From contig JAFYXW010000006.1 in assembly GCA_017557865.1 (NCBI GenBank), positions 21,553 to 85,552 of the forward strand: a DNA stretch of 64,000 nucleotides, in the 5' to 3' direction. Both the position numbers and the translations under genes were made by a program. The notes below the pieces were generated by a model. The model was not told the DNA's origin, searched no databases, and worked only from the letters and a program-made list of their open reading frames with translations. This stretch comes from Candidatus Saccharimonadota bacterium (GTDB taxonomy: Bacteria > Patescibacteriota > Saccharimonadia > Saccharimonadales > Saccharimonadaceae). Of the stretch, positions 45,225 through 53,925 are shown piece by piece (position 1 is the first letter of the stretch; the number at the start of each line of letters is the position of its first letter).

Positions 45225-46004
45225 ATGAAAATTGCAATTTTGGGAGCAGGGGCTTTTGGTACCGCACTTGGCGGTATTTTGGCGGAAAAAGGTCACGATA
45301 TCGATTATTATGATTCTAGTCGTACTGGCGACACACTAAGAGAAACCGTGGCTGACGCCGATATGATTGTGCTTGCTGTTCCGTCGAAGGCAGCGCCGTA
45401 TGTTTTGCCGAACGTACCGCACGAAATTCCTCTAATTGTAGCTACAAAAGGCATCCTTTCTGATAAAACTTTTGAGGACTTTCCTGATTTTATGATTCTT
45501 TCTGGCCCTGGATTTGCCGATGATATCAAAGCTCAGAAAAAGACTATCCTAACTGCTACCGACCAGCGCGTGATAGACCTATTTACAACAGATTATCTAA
45601 CATTTGATTATACCGATGATGAAAAAGGCGTTCTGATGTGCGGCGCACTCAAGAATATTTATGCGTTATATTGTGGTCTTCTTGGGTTAGAAGCTGGGAC
45701 GCCGGAGCATACTAAATTCCTCCATGAGACCGCCAAAGAAATGGCCGAGGTTCTAGAGGCAAATGGAGCGAAAGCTGCCACGATTGACTGTGTTTGTGGC
45801 AAAGGTGATCTAAAGCTTACCTGCAATTATCCTTCACGTAATTATGAATTCGGTCAGATTCTTCGTAAAAACCCTAAAGCTGTGCCTGAAAAGACCGTGG
45901 AAGGCCTGTCGGCGCTTTCTAAGGTAAAAAATGGCGCAATTATCGTGCCAGAAACCGCTACAAAGCTCAAAGACTTAATTGATAGGAGCAAAGAATGGGT
46001 TTGA
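45225..46004 (+). CDS. gpsA: NAD(P)H-dependent glycerol-3-phosphate dehydrogenase (short form)
   Basis: Rossmann N-terminus MKIAILGAGAFGTALGGILAEKGH; GpsA-like core …ATKGI…; …GALKNIYA…. Confidence 0.75.
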   Translation: MKIAILGAGAFGTALGGILAEKGHDIDYYDSSRTGDTLRETVADADMIVLAVPSKAAPYVLPNVPHEIPLIVATKGILSDKTFEDFPDFMILSGPGFADDIKAQKKTILTATDQRVIDLFTTDYLTFDYTDDEKGVLMCGALKNIYALYCGLLGLEAGTPEHTKFLHETAKEMAEVLEANGAKAATIDCVCGKGDLKLTCNYPSRNYEFGQILRKNPKAVPEKTVEGLSALSKVKNGAIIVPETATKLKDLIDRSKEWV

Positions 46005-49000
46005 ATCCAAAGCAAAAAGAAGCCGTAGAATATCTAGATGGACCTTTGCTTGTACTAGCAGGGCCAGGAACCGGTAAAACTCAATTGCTTTCGGAAAAAG
46101 TAGCCTATATCTTAAAAAACACCGATACGTCGCCTTCCAATATTTTGTGCGTAACGTTTACCGAAAACGGCGCTAAAAATATGCGCGAGCGTCTAAAAAG
46201 AATTGTCGGAAAAGACGGTCTTAAGGTTACCGTTTCGACTTATCATGCTTTTGGCTCGGAGATTTTGGCACAGTACAAGAATTATTCCGATGAGTATACG
46301 CGCGCAATGGATAATCCGATTGATGAAGTAAAGAAGTTTAAGCTCATTAAAGAAATTCGTGATAGTCTACCTGGCACAGATATTTTGCATGGCGACAAAG
46401 TTAAAGATATTATTGATGTAATTTCTTCTGCCAAGGGAGCAAATCTCTCTTCTGAAGATTTGCTAAAAATTGCAAAGATAAATATAGAAGATTCAAAAGT
46501 GCTCTCTGACACGATTTCGTCTTTACTTCTTAATGTGGTGCCACGTGCCTTTAAAGAATCCTATGAGAATGCCTACAAGCCGATTTATGAGGTATTAAAG
46601 CAATATGCCGAAGACATGCCAGTAATTAAACTAGAAAATAATTCCGTCTATCGAAACATTGTGCCGATTGCCACTGCTATGAAAGAAGCGATTCTTGAGG
46701 CTCAATCTACCGAGAAGATTACGCCACTCTCTGCTTGGCGCGATGAATTCTTTGAAAAAACCGATAAGGGTACCTATAGACTGAAAGATCGGGTTTCAAA
46801 TAAGAAGTTAATTAGTGTTGCTAAAGTGATGGCAAGCTATGAAGAAAAGCTAAAAGAAGAGGGCTTATTTGACTTTGATGACATGATCCAAGAAGCAGTA
46901 CGCGTGCTAAAAACCGACAAGGGTTTTTGTCTAACTCTTGCTGAACGCTATCAATTTATCATGCTGGACGAGTTCCAAGATACTAACCCTTCGCAGTTAT
47001 CGATTATTCAAGCTATTACCGATTATGATAAACCGATGATTATGGCCGTAGGTGATGACGACCAGGCAATTTTTGAATTCCAGGGTGCTCTCTCTTCCAA
47101 TTTTGCCTCTTTCCAGGAGCATTACAATGCCCACGTGATAGCACTTACTGAGAATTATCGTAATACGCAAGAAATTCTAGATTTTTCTCACAAAATTATC
47201 ATGGAAGCTCCGGATCGATACGCCGATAAAGAACTAACTGCCCACCGTGAAGCACTAAAATCTACTGGCATTCACCGTATTGAATTCTTAAGCTCCGATA
47301 TGGAATATGATTATGTAGCAACCAAAATTACAGAGCTAGTTAAGAGCGGCGTAAACCAAAACGAAATCGCCATTATCTCTCAGAAGCGCAAATACTTTGA
47401 ACCGCTTTTGCCATTTTTAAATCAACACCCGGAAATTAAAATCGCCTACGAGAAACAAAACGATCTTTTGCAGGACGAACGTATTTATCAAATCCTGACT
47501 ATCGCACGATATATTTATGAATGTGCAAATGAACTACGCGTAGACGTCTCTTTGCTAGAGATTTTGTCTTACCCTTTCTTTAAGCTGCCGATTCTAGAGG
47601 TGATTAAACTTTCTGGTGCAGCTAAATATAGTAAAACTTCTTCTTTTGATACCTTTGCTGGAAGCGAAAATGAAAATATCAAGGCAGTGATGACTTTCTT
47701 TGCTAATTTGATTGCAAAATCATTTAACGAACCGCTCGAGATCTTCCTCGACTATCTAATTGGTGCCACAGAGCTAGAAGGATACCGTTCGCCATTTCTT
47801 TCTTATTATGCAGCCAAAAAGGATTATTCTACCTTTACTTTGTATGAAAATTTGGCGTCACTTCGCGGTAAGCTACACAAACATTTTGGCGAGAAACCAC
47901 TTCGCTTGGTTGATCTAATTAATATGGTGGATGATTACCAAGAGGCCGAGATGGGCCTAAATGTAATTAGCCCATATAAAGAGGCGGACGAAGCTGTACA
48001 GGTACTTACTGCTCATGGAGCAAAAGGTCTTGAGTTCGAGTATGTTTTTATTATTTCGGCCGATCACAGTGCTTGGGGTCGAGGTAAAGGTAATAATAAC
48101 CTACTTACTCTGCCAAAGAACTTAACCCATATTCGTCATACTGGCATTACGGACAGTGAGAGGTTACGCGTGCTTTATGTCGCGCTTACTCGCGCTAAGA
48201 AATATCTATATATTACAAATTCAAAGCATGATTTTAGTGATAAATCTCCGGAAAGGCTAGAATACTTCGAGGAATATGAAGACGAGGACAAAGTGATTTC
48301 GCCGCTTATTCCTGCCGGCTCAGCAGAGACGATGTATGATCTAGGCGCCGTTCAAATTGCCGAAAAAAATATCCACACTTGGATGGTCCCATATGTAAAT
48401 GCATCGCCGGATCTTATGGCTATATATAAGGAACGTGTTGATAATTATCGGATGTCGGCTTCATCTTTGACTTCTTTTATAGATGTTTGCTACGCTGGGC
48501 CAGAGGCCTTCTTTGAGGACCGTATCCTAATGGCTCCTGTTGATACAGAAAACGACGCAATGATTTTTGGTACGCTTATTCACTCCACTTTCGAAAAAGT
48601 TACTAATAATAATTTATCTGACGAACGGGCTTTAGAATACTTCTTGGCGGAGCTAGACAAAAAAGATTTGCCACAAGAAACAAAAGCTCGTCTTCGCGAA
48701 AAAGGCCCAGCCGATCTCGCTGTATCCCTGAAGAAATTTGCGAATATTCTCCATGGTGGTAGAGCCGAAGTGAACCTTGGCCCAGACCACCTTGTAATTG
48801 ATGGTGTTCCTGTTACTGGCGTAATTGATCATATTTCTATTGATGAAGATACCAAAGAGATCGAGATTTATGATTTCAAAACTTCCGGTTATCACAAAGA
48901 AAAGTGGACCTCTCACGCTACGCTATATAAATATATGCTCCAGCTTGGTTTTTATAAGCTGCTTTTAAATAATTCTCCGAAATACGCCAAATATAAGGTG

Positions 49001-49243
49001 AATAAGGCCCATATTCTGTTTGTGGTGCCAGATAATGACGGCGAAGTATATGACAAGGAATATGATTTTAATTCTGTCGACGAAAAAATGCTGCTCGACA
49101 TTATGAAGGCGGTTTATTATCAAATTTCTACGCTTAAATTTGTTGGCGATCCGGAACTCATGATTACTGCGGACTCAGATAAAGGCATCAAAGATATTAA
49201 AGCTTTCATCGCGCTACTGCTTGCAAAAACTGGCCAAAAATAA
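45995..49243 (+). CDS. UvrD/PcrA-type SF1 helicase fused to a C-terminal PD-(D/E)XK (RecB/AddA-like) nuclease
   Basis: Helicase motifs LVLAGPGTGKT, MLDEFQDTNP, ENYRNT, TAHGAKGLEFEYVFI, LYVALTRAKKYLYI. Nuclease motif GVIDHISID…IEIYDFKTS…QLGFYKLL. Confidence 0.85.
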   Translation: MGLNPKQKEAVEYLDGPLLVLAGPGTGKTQLLSEKVAYILKNTDTSPSNILCVTFTENGAKNMRERLKRIVGKDGLKVTVSTYHAFGSEILAQYKNYSDEYTRAMDNPIDEVKKFKLIKEIRDSLPGTDILHGDKVKDIIDVISSAKGANLSSEDLLKIAKINIEDSKVLSDTISSLLLNVVPRAFKESYENAYKPIYEVLKQYAEDMPVIKLENNSVYRNIVPIATAMKEAILEAQSTEKITPLSAWRDEFFEKTDKGTYRLKDRVSNKKLISVAKVMASYEEKLKEEGLFDFDDMIQEAVRVLKTDKGFCLTLAERYQFIMLDEFQDTNPSQLSIIQAITDYDKPMIMAVGDDDQAIFEFQGALSSNFASFQEHYNAHVIALTENYRNTQEILDFSHKIIMEAPDRYADKELTAHREALKSTGIHRIEFLSSDMEYDYVATKITELVKSGVNQNEIAIISQKRKYFEPLLPFLNQHPEIKIAYEKQNDLLQDERIYQILTIARYIYECANELRVDVSLLEILSYPFFKLPILEVIKLSGAAKYSKTSSFDTFAGSENENIKAVMTFFANLIAKSFNEPLEIFLDYLIGATELEGYRSPFLSYYAAKKDYSTFTLYENLASLRGKLHKHFGEKPLRLVDLINMVDDYQEAEMGLNVISPYKEADEAVQVLTAHGAKGLEFEYVFIISADHSAWGRGKGNNNLLTLPKNLTHIRHTGITDSERLRVLYVALTRAKKYLYITNSKHDFSDKSPERLEYFEEYEDEDKVISPLIPAGSAETMYDLGAVQIAEKNIHTWMVPYVNASPDLMAIYKERVDNYRMSASSLTSFIDVCYAGPEAFFEDRILMAPVDTENDAMIFGTLIHSTFEKVTNNNLSDERALEYFLAELDKKDLPQETKARLREKGPADLAVSLKKFANILHGGRAEVNLGPDHLVIDGVPVTGVIDHISIDEDTKEIEIYDFKTSGYHKEKWTSHATLYKYMLQLGFYKLLLNNSPKYAKYKVNKAHILFVVPDNDGEVYDKEYDFNSVDEKMLLDIMKAVYYQISTLKFVGDPELMITADSDKGIKDIKAFIALLLAKTGQK

Positions 49244-49309
49244 TATAATTTGGCCAGCTGACGTTTGTAAGCTTTTTCTGCAAAATCTATATAGAAAGGT
49301 GGTGATTAG

Positions 49310-49438
49310 ATGAGAAAAATGCTTTCAAAAGCACGTGCAAAAAGAGTTCGCTCTATTACATGGAGCTGCCCTAGATGCGGTCGTCCGTTTCTTACTCAGA
49401 CAGAACGCGATTTGCACTATTTGCAGTGTGGCTCGTAA
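49310..49438 (+). CDS. Small (42 aa) basic protein with a C-x2-C-x12-H-x3-C zinc-finger-like motif (below the ORF-track cutoff)
   Basis: I translated it by hand: MRKMLSKARAKRVRSITWSCPRCGRPFLTQTERDLHYLQCGS. SD AAAGGTGG lies 6 nt upstream and a hairpin+T7 terminator follows at 49456-49489. Confidence 0.5.
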   Translation: MRKMLSKARAKRVRSITWSCPRCGRPFLTQTERDLHYLQCGS

Positions 49439-49455
49439 GAGTACTTTATGAAAAG

Positions 49456-49489
49456 ATGGTAGGACTTTGAATTGTCTTGCCATTTTTTT
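49456..49489 (+). terminator. Rho-independent terminator after the small zinc-finger ORF
   Basis: ATGGTAGGAC-TTTGAATT-GTCTTGCCAT (10 bp including 2 G-U pairs) followed by TTTTTTT. Confidence 0.65.
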
Positions 49490-49515
49490 ATATCTATGGT
49501 AAAATAGTAGGAATT

Positions 49516-49725
49516 ATGGCAAAGAAGAATAATACTAAACGCAAACTCGTTGGCCTCGTTTCTGAGGAATCTGGTGTTCGTGCTTACTACACCAAGAAAA
49601 ACACGATGAATACTCCTGACAAGTTGTCTCTAAAGAAGTATGATCCAGTTCTTAGGAAACACGTGGTCTTTACTGAAACCAAGAAAAACCTTGGCCGTAA
49701 CGAAGTTAAAGAAAAGAAACGTTAA
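49516..49725 (+). CDS. rpmG: 50S ribosomal protein L33 (Cys-less form)
   Basis: [57 protein letters not shown]…; the internal ATG of ORF 49477..49725 was chosen. Confidence 0.85.
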   Translation: MAKKNNTKRKLVGLVSEESGVRAYYTKKNTMNTPDKLSLKKYDPVLRKHVVFTETKKNLGRNEVKEKKR

Positions 49726-49751
49726 AAATAGCCCTTCAGGGGCTATTTTTT
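49724..49751. terminator. Bidirectional terminator between convergent rpmG and GH57
   Basis: AAAAATAGCCC-TTCAG-GGGCTATTTTTT; the GH57 stop codon lies inside the hairpin. Confidence 0.7.
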
Positions 49752-50942
49752 GTTGCCGAGTCTATATTCTATATCGCGAAGGACGTTTTCGAAGTACATG
49801 AAGGCTTCGTATGGCGAGGCATAGGCAGAGAAATAAGCATGAACGTCGCCATCATTCCAATATTTGGTGCACATAGCATATGGATGGTCCGAAGTAGTAA
49901 GATGGCGCCAATCGGAAATTAATGTGTTATCGCCGGTGGCGAGAATATCGTCACGTAGTGCAAATAGATCTTTCATGGCTGAAGTTTGGAGTGAATTAGA
50001 GAGCCAGGCAGAGAGATCGCGTTCGGTATCGGCCCAGGTGACAGTGGACGGCATAGAGATCTCGTCGGCTGGTTCAGAGAGGTCGCAGGCTTCGGACACG
50101 GTGACAAATTTGTTTTCATATTGGCTGAGCCAAGACGGAATTAGGCCATCCATAAAATCGAAAATACCCGTATCTTTCCATTGGTGCTCACCAAAGGTCT
50201 CAAAATCCATAAATAAGTTAATAAGATTGCCGCGGAGACAGTCCATATCAAGCCAATTGATGTATTTTGGCACAGTTAGAGGCCAAGCGTTCCAGCTGCG
50301 GTTTGAGAAACGGAAAGCGATATCATCTGATAAACGATAGTTTTTGAGTAAAAGTTTAAGATTTTTGCAACCAGCTGGACGATAAACATAATTTGGGCTG
50401 CGCCAACCCAAAACTTTGTCCCAGCCTTCGGCGAGAATGCCTTTATATCCTTTTTCTTCGGCCCAGTTTGCAAGGCTGTCGTTATAAGCAAGCTCGGTAT
50501 TACGAAAGACGCGTGGACGAACGCCGAATAATTCATAAATTAAGTCGCTATGTTTCTTTACTTGGTCGTTAAATTCGTCGATATTGTAGAAAAAGGCTAA
50601 TGAGTGATAAAAAGTTTCGCCAACGATTTCGACTTGGCCAGTATCAACCATACGGTGAATTTGCTCAATTAAGGCGCTATCCCACTTTTTAGCTTGTTCT
50701 AACCAAGTGCCGGTAATAGAAAAGGAAACTTTAAATCCTGGGTAATTCTTGATGTTCTTTTCAAGCAAATCGAGCATTGGATGGTAGCTCTTTTCGGCAA
50801 CTTTTTTGAAAATGCGTTCGTTGGATTGGCGAGAATTCCAGTCGCTATTGTAATAATTGGAATTATTTGAGACGTCAAAAATGGAGTATTCGCGGTAGCG
50901 AAGTGGCTGGTGGATGTGTAGATATAAACATATCGCCCGCAA
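49743..50942 (-). CDS. Glycoside hydrolase family 57 protein
   Basis: GH57-type N-terminus MRAICLYLHIHQPLR…; …FMDFETFGEH…. Confidence 0.8.
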   Translation of the reverse strand: MRAICLYLHIHQPLRYREYSIFDVSNNSNYYNSDWNSRQSNERIFKKVAEKSYHPMLDLLEKNIKNYPGFKVSFSITGTWLEQAKKWDSALIEQIHRMVDTGQVEIVGETFYHSLAFFYNIDEFNDQVKKHSDLIYELFGVRPRVFRNTELAYNDSLANWAEEKGYKGILAEGWDKVLGWRSPNYVYRPAGCKNLKLLLKNYRLSDDIAFRFSNRSWNAWPLTVPKYINWLDMDCLRGNLINLFMDFETFGEHQWKDTGIFDFMDGLIPSWLSQYENKFVTVSEACDLSEPADEISMPSTVTWADTERDLSAWLSNSLQTSAMKDLFALRDDILATGDNTLISDWRHLTTSDHPYAMCTKYWNDGDVHAYFSAYASPYEAFMYFENVLRDIEYRLGNKK

Positions 50943-50944
50943 AA

Positions 50945-52168
50945 TTAATTCCTCTTATGGTTTACGACTTTATTATAAACTTTTAGACATTTTTTTGCAA
51001 CCTGGTTCCAGGAGATTTTGTGGTATTCGTTCTTGACGTTTTGTTGGAGCGTATTGCGTAGGGTCGAGTTAGTCGAAATAGCGATAATTTCGTCTGCAAG
51101 TTTACGCTCGTCCCAAAAATCATATTTCATGGCGGACCAGATGATTTCGGAAACACCAGATTGTTTAGTGAGGATGAGGGCATCGCCGTGGTGAGCTGCT
51201 TCAAGTGCAGTTAGGCCAAATGGTTCGGACACAGAGCTCATTACAAAGATATCAGATATTGAATAAATGTCGCGAAGTTTGCGCCCACGAATAAAACCAG
51301 TAAAAATAACGTTTTTAGCAATACCAAGATCGGCGGCGAGATGGATTAATTCATTTCTTTCCTCGCCGTCACCAGCGAAAACAAAGAGGAGCTTAGGGTT
51401 TTTGGCAATGGCCATTGCAGCAGCTTGCATCAAATGCCAAAGGCCTTTCTGGACGGTGAAGCGACCAACCGTAGAGACCACGGTGTAGCCTATAGATTTA
51501 AGTTTGCAGATATAGTTGTATGCATTTTGATCGTAATGGTAGTCGGCTTTTTCATAATCTTCGTCCAAGGAATTATAAATGACGTCAATTTTGTTTAGTG
51601 GAATATGATATTTTTCGTAGATAATGCGTTTGGTGGCTTCTGAAACAGCGATAATTTTGTCAGCAAGCATTAAGCCTTCGTATTCGATTTCATGAATCAA
51701 AGGATTCCCGTTCTTCATCCCGGCGCGGTCAAACTCGGTGGCATGAACGTGGGCAATAAATGGAATGCCGTAATTTTTCTTGGCGATAATGGCGGCTTCG
51801 TAAGTTAGCCAATCGTGGGCATGCACGACGTCTGGAGTGTGGTCAGATAGATATTCCGCAACAAAATCTTGATAAGACTTTTGGATTTCACGAATTGAGA
51901 CAAGGTGGGTAGAATTTTTGACAGGGATGATCTTTTCGATTAAATGTAAACTTTCGTAGGCGCCGCCACCATAACGATAGATTGGATCTAGATGGGTAGC
52001 GGAAAGTATATTCATGAAGTCGATTTCTGGGTGTTTTGCCTCGTAAGGAACAACAAAATCGATATCAGCACCTTCGTGTGCCAAGGCCCGCGCCATGTTT
52101 AAACAAGCCACGCCAAGTCCACCACTATTATGCGGAGGAAGTTCCCAACCAAGCATGAGTATTTTCAT
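50945..52168 (-). CDS. Glycogen/starch-synthase-like GT-B glycosyltransferase (GT4/GT5)
   Basis: MKILMLGWELPPHNSGGLGVAC…; C-terminal …MSSVSEPFGLTALEAAHHG…; directly upstream of GH57. Confidence 0.8.
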   Translation of the reverse strand: MKILMLGWELPPHNSGGLGVACLNMARALAHEGADIDFVVPYEAKHPEIDFMNILSATHLDPIYRYGGGAYESLHLIEKIIPVKNSTHLVSIREIQKSYQDFVAEYLSDHTPDVVHAHDWLTYEAAIIAKKNYGIPFIAHVHATEFDRAGMKNGNPLIHEIEYEGLMLADKIIAVSEATKRIIYEKYHIPLNKIDVIYNSLDEDYEKADYHYDQNAYNYICKLKSIGYTVVSTVGRFTVQKGLWHLMQAAAMAIAKNPKLLFVFAGDGEERNELIHLAADLGIAKNVIFTGFIRGRKLRDIYSISDIFVMSSVSEPFGLTALEAAHHGDALILTKQSGVSEIIWSAMKYDFWDERKLADEIIAISTNSTLRNTLQQNVKNEYHKISWNQVAKKCLKVYNKVVNHKRN

Positions 52169-52238
52169 CTATACAATTTTAGCACATTTTAAAGCATAAG
52201 TGTAGTTTTTGTGGTAAAATAAATGAAGGACATTACGT

Positions 52239-52314
52239 AGGGGTGTAGCTCAGTTGGTAGAGCACTGGTCTCCAAAACCAGGTGTCGCGAGTTCGAGTCT
52301 TGCCGCCCCTGCCA
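52239..52314 (+). tRNA. tRNA-Trp (anticodon CCA)
   Basis: 76 nt: acceptor AGGGGTG/CGCCCCT, anticodon loop CTCCAAA, T-arm GCGAG-TTCGAGT-CTTGC, CCA, T-run. Confidence 0.88.
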
Positions 52315-52364
52315 TTTTTTTGTGGCAGCAATCCTCTCACTCGCGGAGCGTCCCAAGGGGCAAA

Positions 52365-52393
52365 CGCGAGTTCGAGTCTTGCCGCCCCTGCCA
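52365..52393 (+). repeat. Direct repeat of the last 29 nt of tRNA-Trp(CCA), 50 nt downstream
   Basis: CGCGAGTTCGAGTCTTGCCGCCCCTGCCA occurs at 52286-52314 and 52365-52393. Both copies are followed by a T-run. Confidence 0.9.
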
Positions 52394-52416
52394 TTTTTTG
52401 TTGTATAATGCTAATT

Positions 52417-53397
52417 ATGAGGGTCCGCTGGTCGAGAATTGTTTTACTTATTCTTACAATATTTACTTTTGGTATTTATGCAGTTCTTACAATTGCTGGC
52501 GTCGCAATGAATAACCAACCAAAACCGCCACGAATTCCAGATGAAACTCCGCCGACTGTCGTATTAAAAGGCGGCGAAATCGTGACTGTGGCAATAAATG
52601 CACCATATAAAGATGACGGCGTAGATGCTTATGACGATCGCAGCGAAGTTCAAGTTTCTTCTAACGGCGAAGTAGACACTACAAAAGAGGGTGAATATGT
52701 GATTTCTTATACAGTTACCGATGAGGACGGCAACGCGACCACTATAACTCGCACCGTTAAAGTAGTGCAACCTACTGGTATAGTCCATTTAACTTTTGAT
52801 GATGGTCCAGGGCCATATACTGCGGGCCTTTTAGACGTTTTAAAAAAGTACGGTGTTAAAGCAACTTTCTTTGTGACTGGCGGCGGCGATGATGTCTTAA
52901 TTAAACGTGAATATGAAGAAGGCCATACTGTGGCTTTGCACTCTTTTTCTCACGACTATTCTTATGTCTATCAAAATATGGATAATTATTTTGCCGATTT
53001 ATATGCGGTGCAAGACCGTGTTAAAAATATCACCGGGCAGACTTCCATGTTGATACGTTTTCCAGGCGGGAGCTCGAACACAGTAAGTAGATTATACGAC
53101 GGCGGTTCGCACATTATGAGCGCGCTAGCAAACGAAGTTTCGAAGCGTGGTTTTACATATTTTGACTGGAACATTTCGGCGGGTGACGCAGGAAGCGCCA
53201 GAACAGCAGACGAAGTCTTTAATCGCGTGGTCTCGGCTCTAAAACCTGGCGGTAGTTCTGTAGTTTTGCAACACGACATCAAAGATTTTTCAGTAGCGGC
53301 AGTCGAAAGAATTATCCAACACTGCACGGCCAACGGTTATGTTTTTGCTCCACTTGACGCGAGCTCATTCACCGCACACCACGGCATAAATAATTAA
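52417..53397 (+). CDS. Polysaccharide deacetylase (CE4 NodB domain) with an N-terminal TM and a DUF5011-like Ig domain
   Basis: NodB motifs HLTFDDGPGPYT and …ALHSFSHD…. The longer ORF-track start (52282) runs through tRNA-Trp and its repeat; ATG 52408 or 52417 follows TATAAT (52404-52409). Confidence 0.82.
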   Translation: MRVRWSRIVLLILTIFTFGIYAVLTIAGVAMNNQPKPPRIPDETPPTVVLKGGEIVTVAINAPYKDDGVDAYDDRSEVQVSSNGEVDTTKEGEYVISYTVTDEDGNATTITRTVKVVQPTGIVHLTFDDGPGPYTAGLLDVLKKYGVKATFFVTGGGDDVLIKREYEEGHTVALHSFSHDYSYVYQNMDNYFADLYAVQDRVKNITGQTSMLIRFPGGSSNTVSRLYDGGSHIMSALANEVSKRGFTYFDWNISAGDAGSARTADEVFNRVVSALKPGGSSVVLQHDIKDFSVAAVERIIQHCTANGYVFAPLDASSFTAHHGINN

Positions 53398-53433
53398 TAC
53401 ACAGTGAGTTTTTTGTGATACAATAGAATTATT

Positions 53434-53925
53434 ATGGAAGGTAATAGATCTAAACCACGCGTGCTTCTGGTCTTCGGTGCGCCTTGTAGCGGCAAAACTA
53501 CATTCGCAGAAAAATTTGCCAAAAAATTTAATTTAACTTATTATAACCTAGAAGAAATTGCCAACACTGAAAACTTGCTCCAGGCTGGTCTTCTTGATAT
53601 TCTAACACTCATAGCGCGCACTCATGCTACGGTTGTTCTCGAAGGATGTATTGACACCGAGAAGGATCGTGCTGAGATCCGTAACATTTTTAGAGCAGCT
53701 GGCTATGAGCCATCGTTGATTTGGATTCAAACTGATTTAAATACCATTAAATTACGCTTGCGTTCACGTTTTAAGACCGTTTCTGCGGCTAAACAAGCTT
53801 ATGAAGACGCAATTAATCGGTTGGAAGCGCCTTCCGAGGTGGAAGCCCCGATTATTCTATCCGGCAAACATACTTTTGAAACTCAAACTAAACACGTGCT
53901 AGCTGGTCTGGCAGATGTTAATTAA
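53434..53925 (+). CDS. P-loop NTPase/kinase-like protein (AAA_33-like)
   Basis: Walker A GAPCSGKTTFAEKF; 163 aa; 11-nt overlap with the downstream gene. Confidence 0.65.
   Translation: MEGNRSKPRVLLVFGAPCSGKTTFAEKFAKKFNLTYYNLEEIANTENLLQAGLLDILTLIARTHATVVLEGCIDTEKDRAEIRNIFRAAGYEPSLIWIQTDLNTIKLRLRSRFKTVSAAKQAYEDAINRLEAPSEVEAPIILSGKHTFETQTKHVLAGLADVN

Noticed and set aside
49215-49260. Hairpin CTGGCCAAA-N10-TTTGGCCAG spanning the helicase-nuclease stop codon, as a terminator
   Set aside because: No T-run follows it. It may be fortuitous, or a weak attenuator, and the support is insufficient to call a terminator.
52254-52514. ORFs 52254..52514 and the 52282 start of the deacetylase ORF
   Set aside because: Both begin inside tRNA-Trp and run through its 3'-end repeat. 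A TATAAT box at 52404-52409 and the N-terminal TM (…RWSRIVLLILTIFTFGIYAVL…) support a start at 52408 or 52417.
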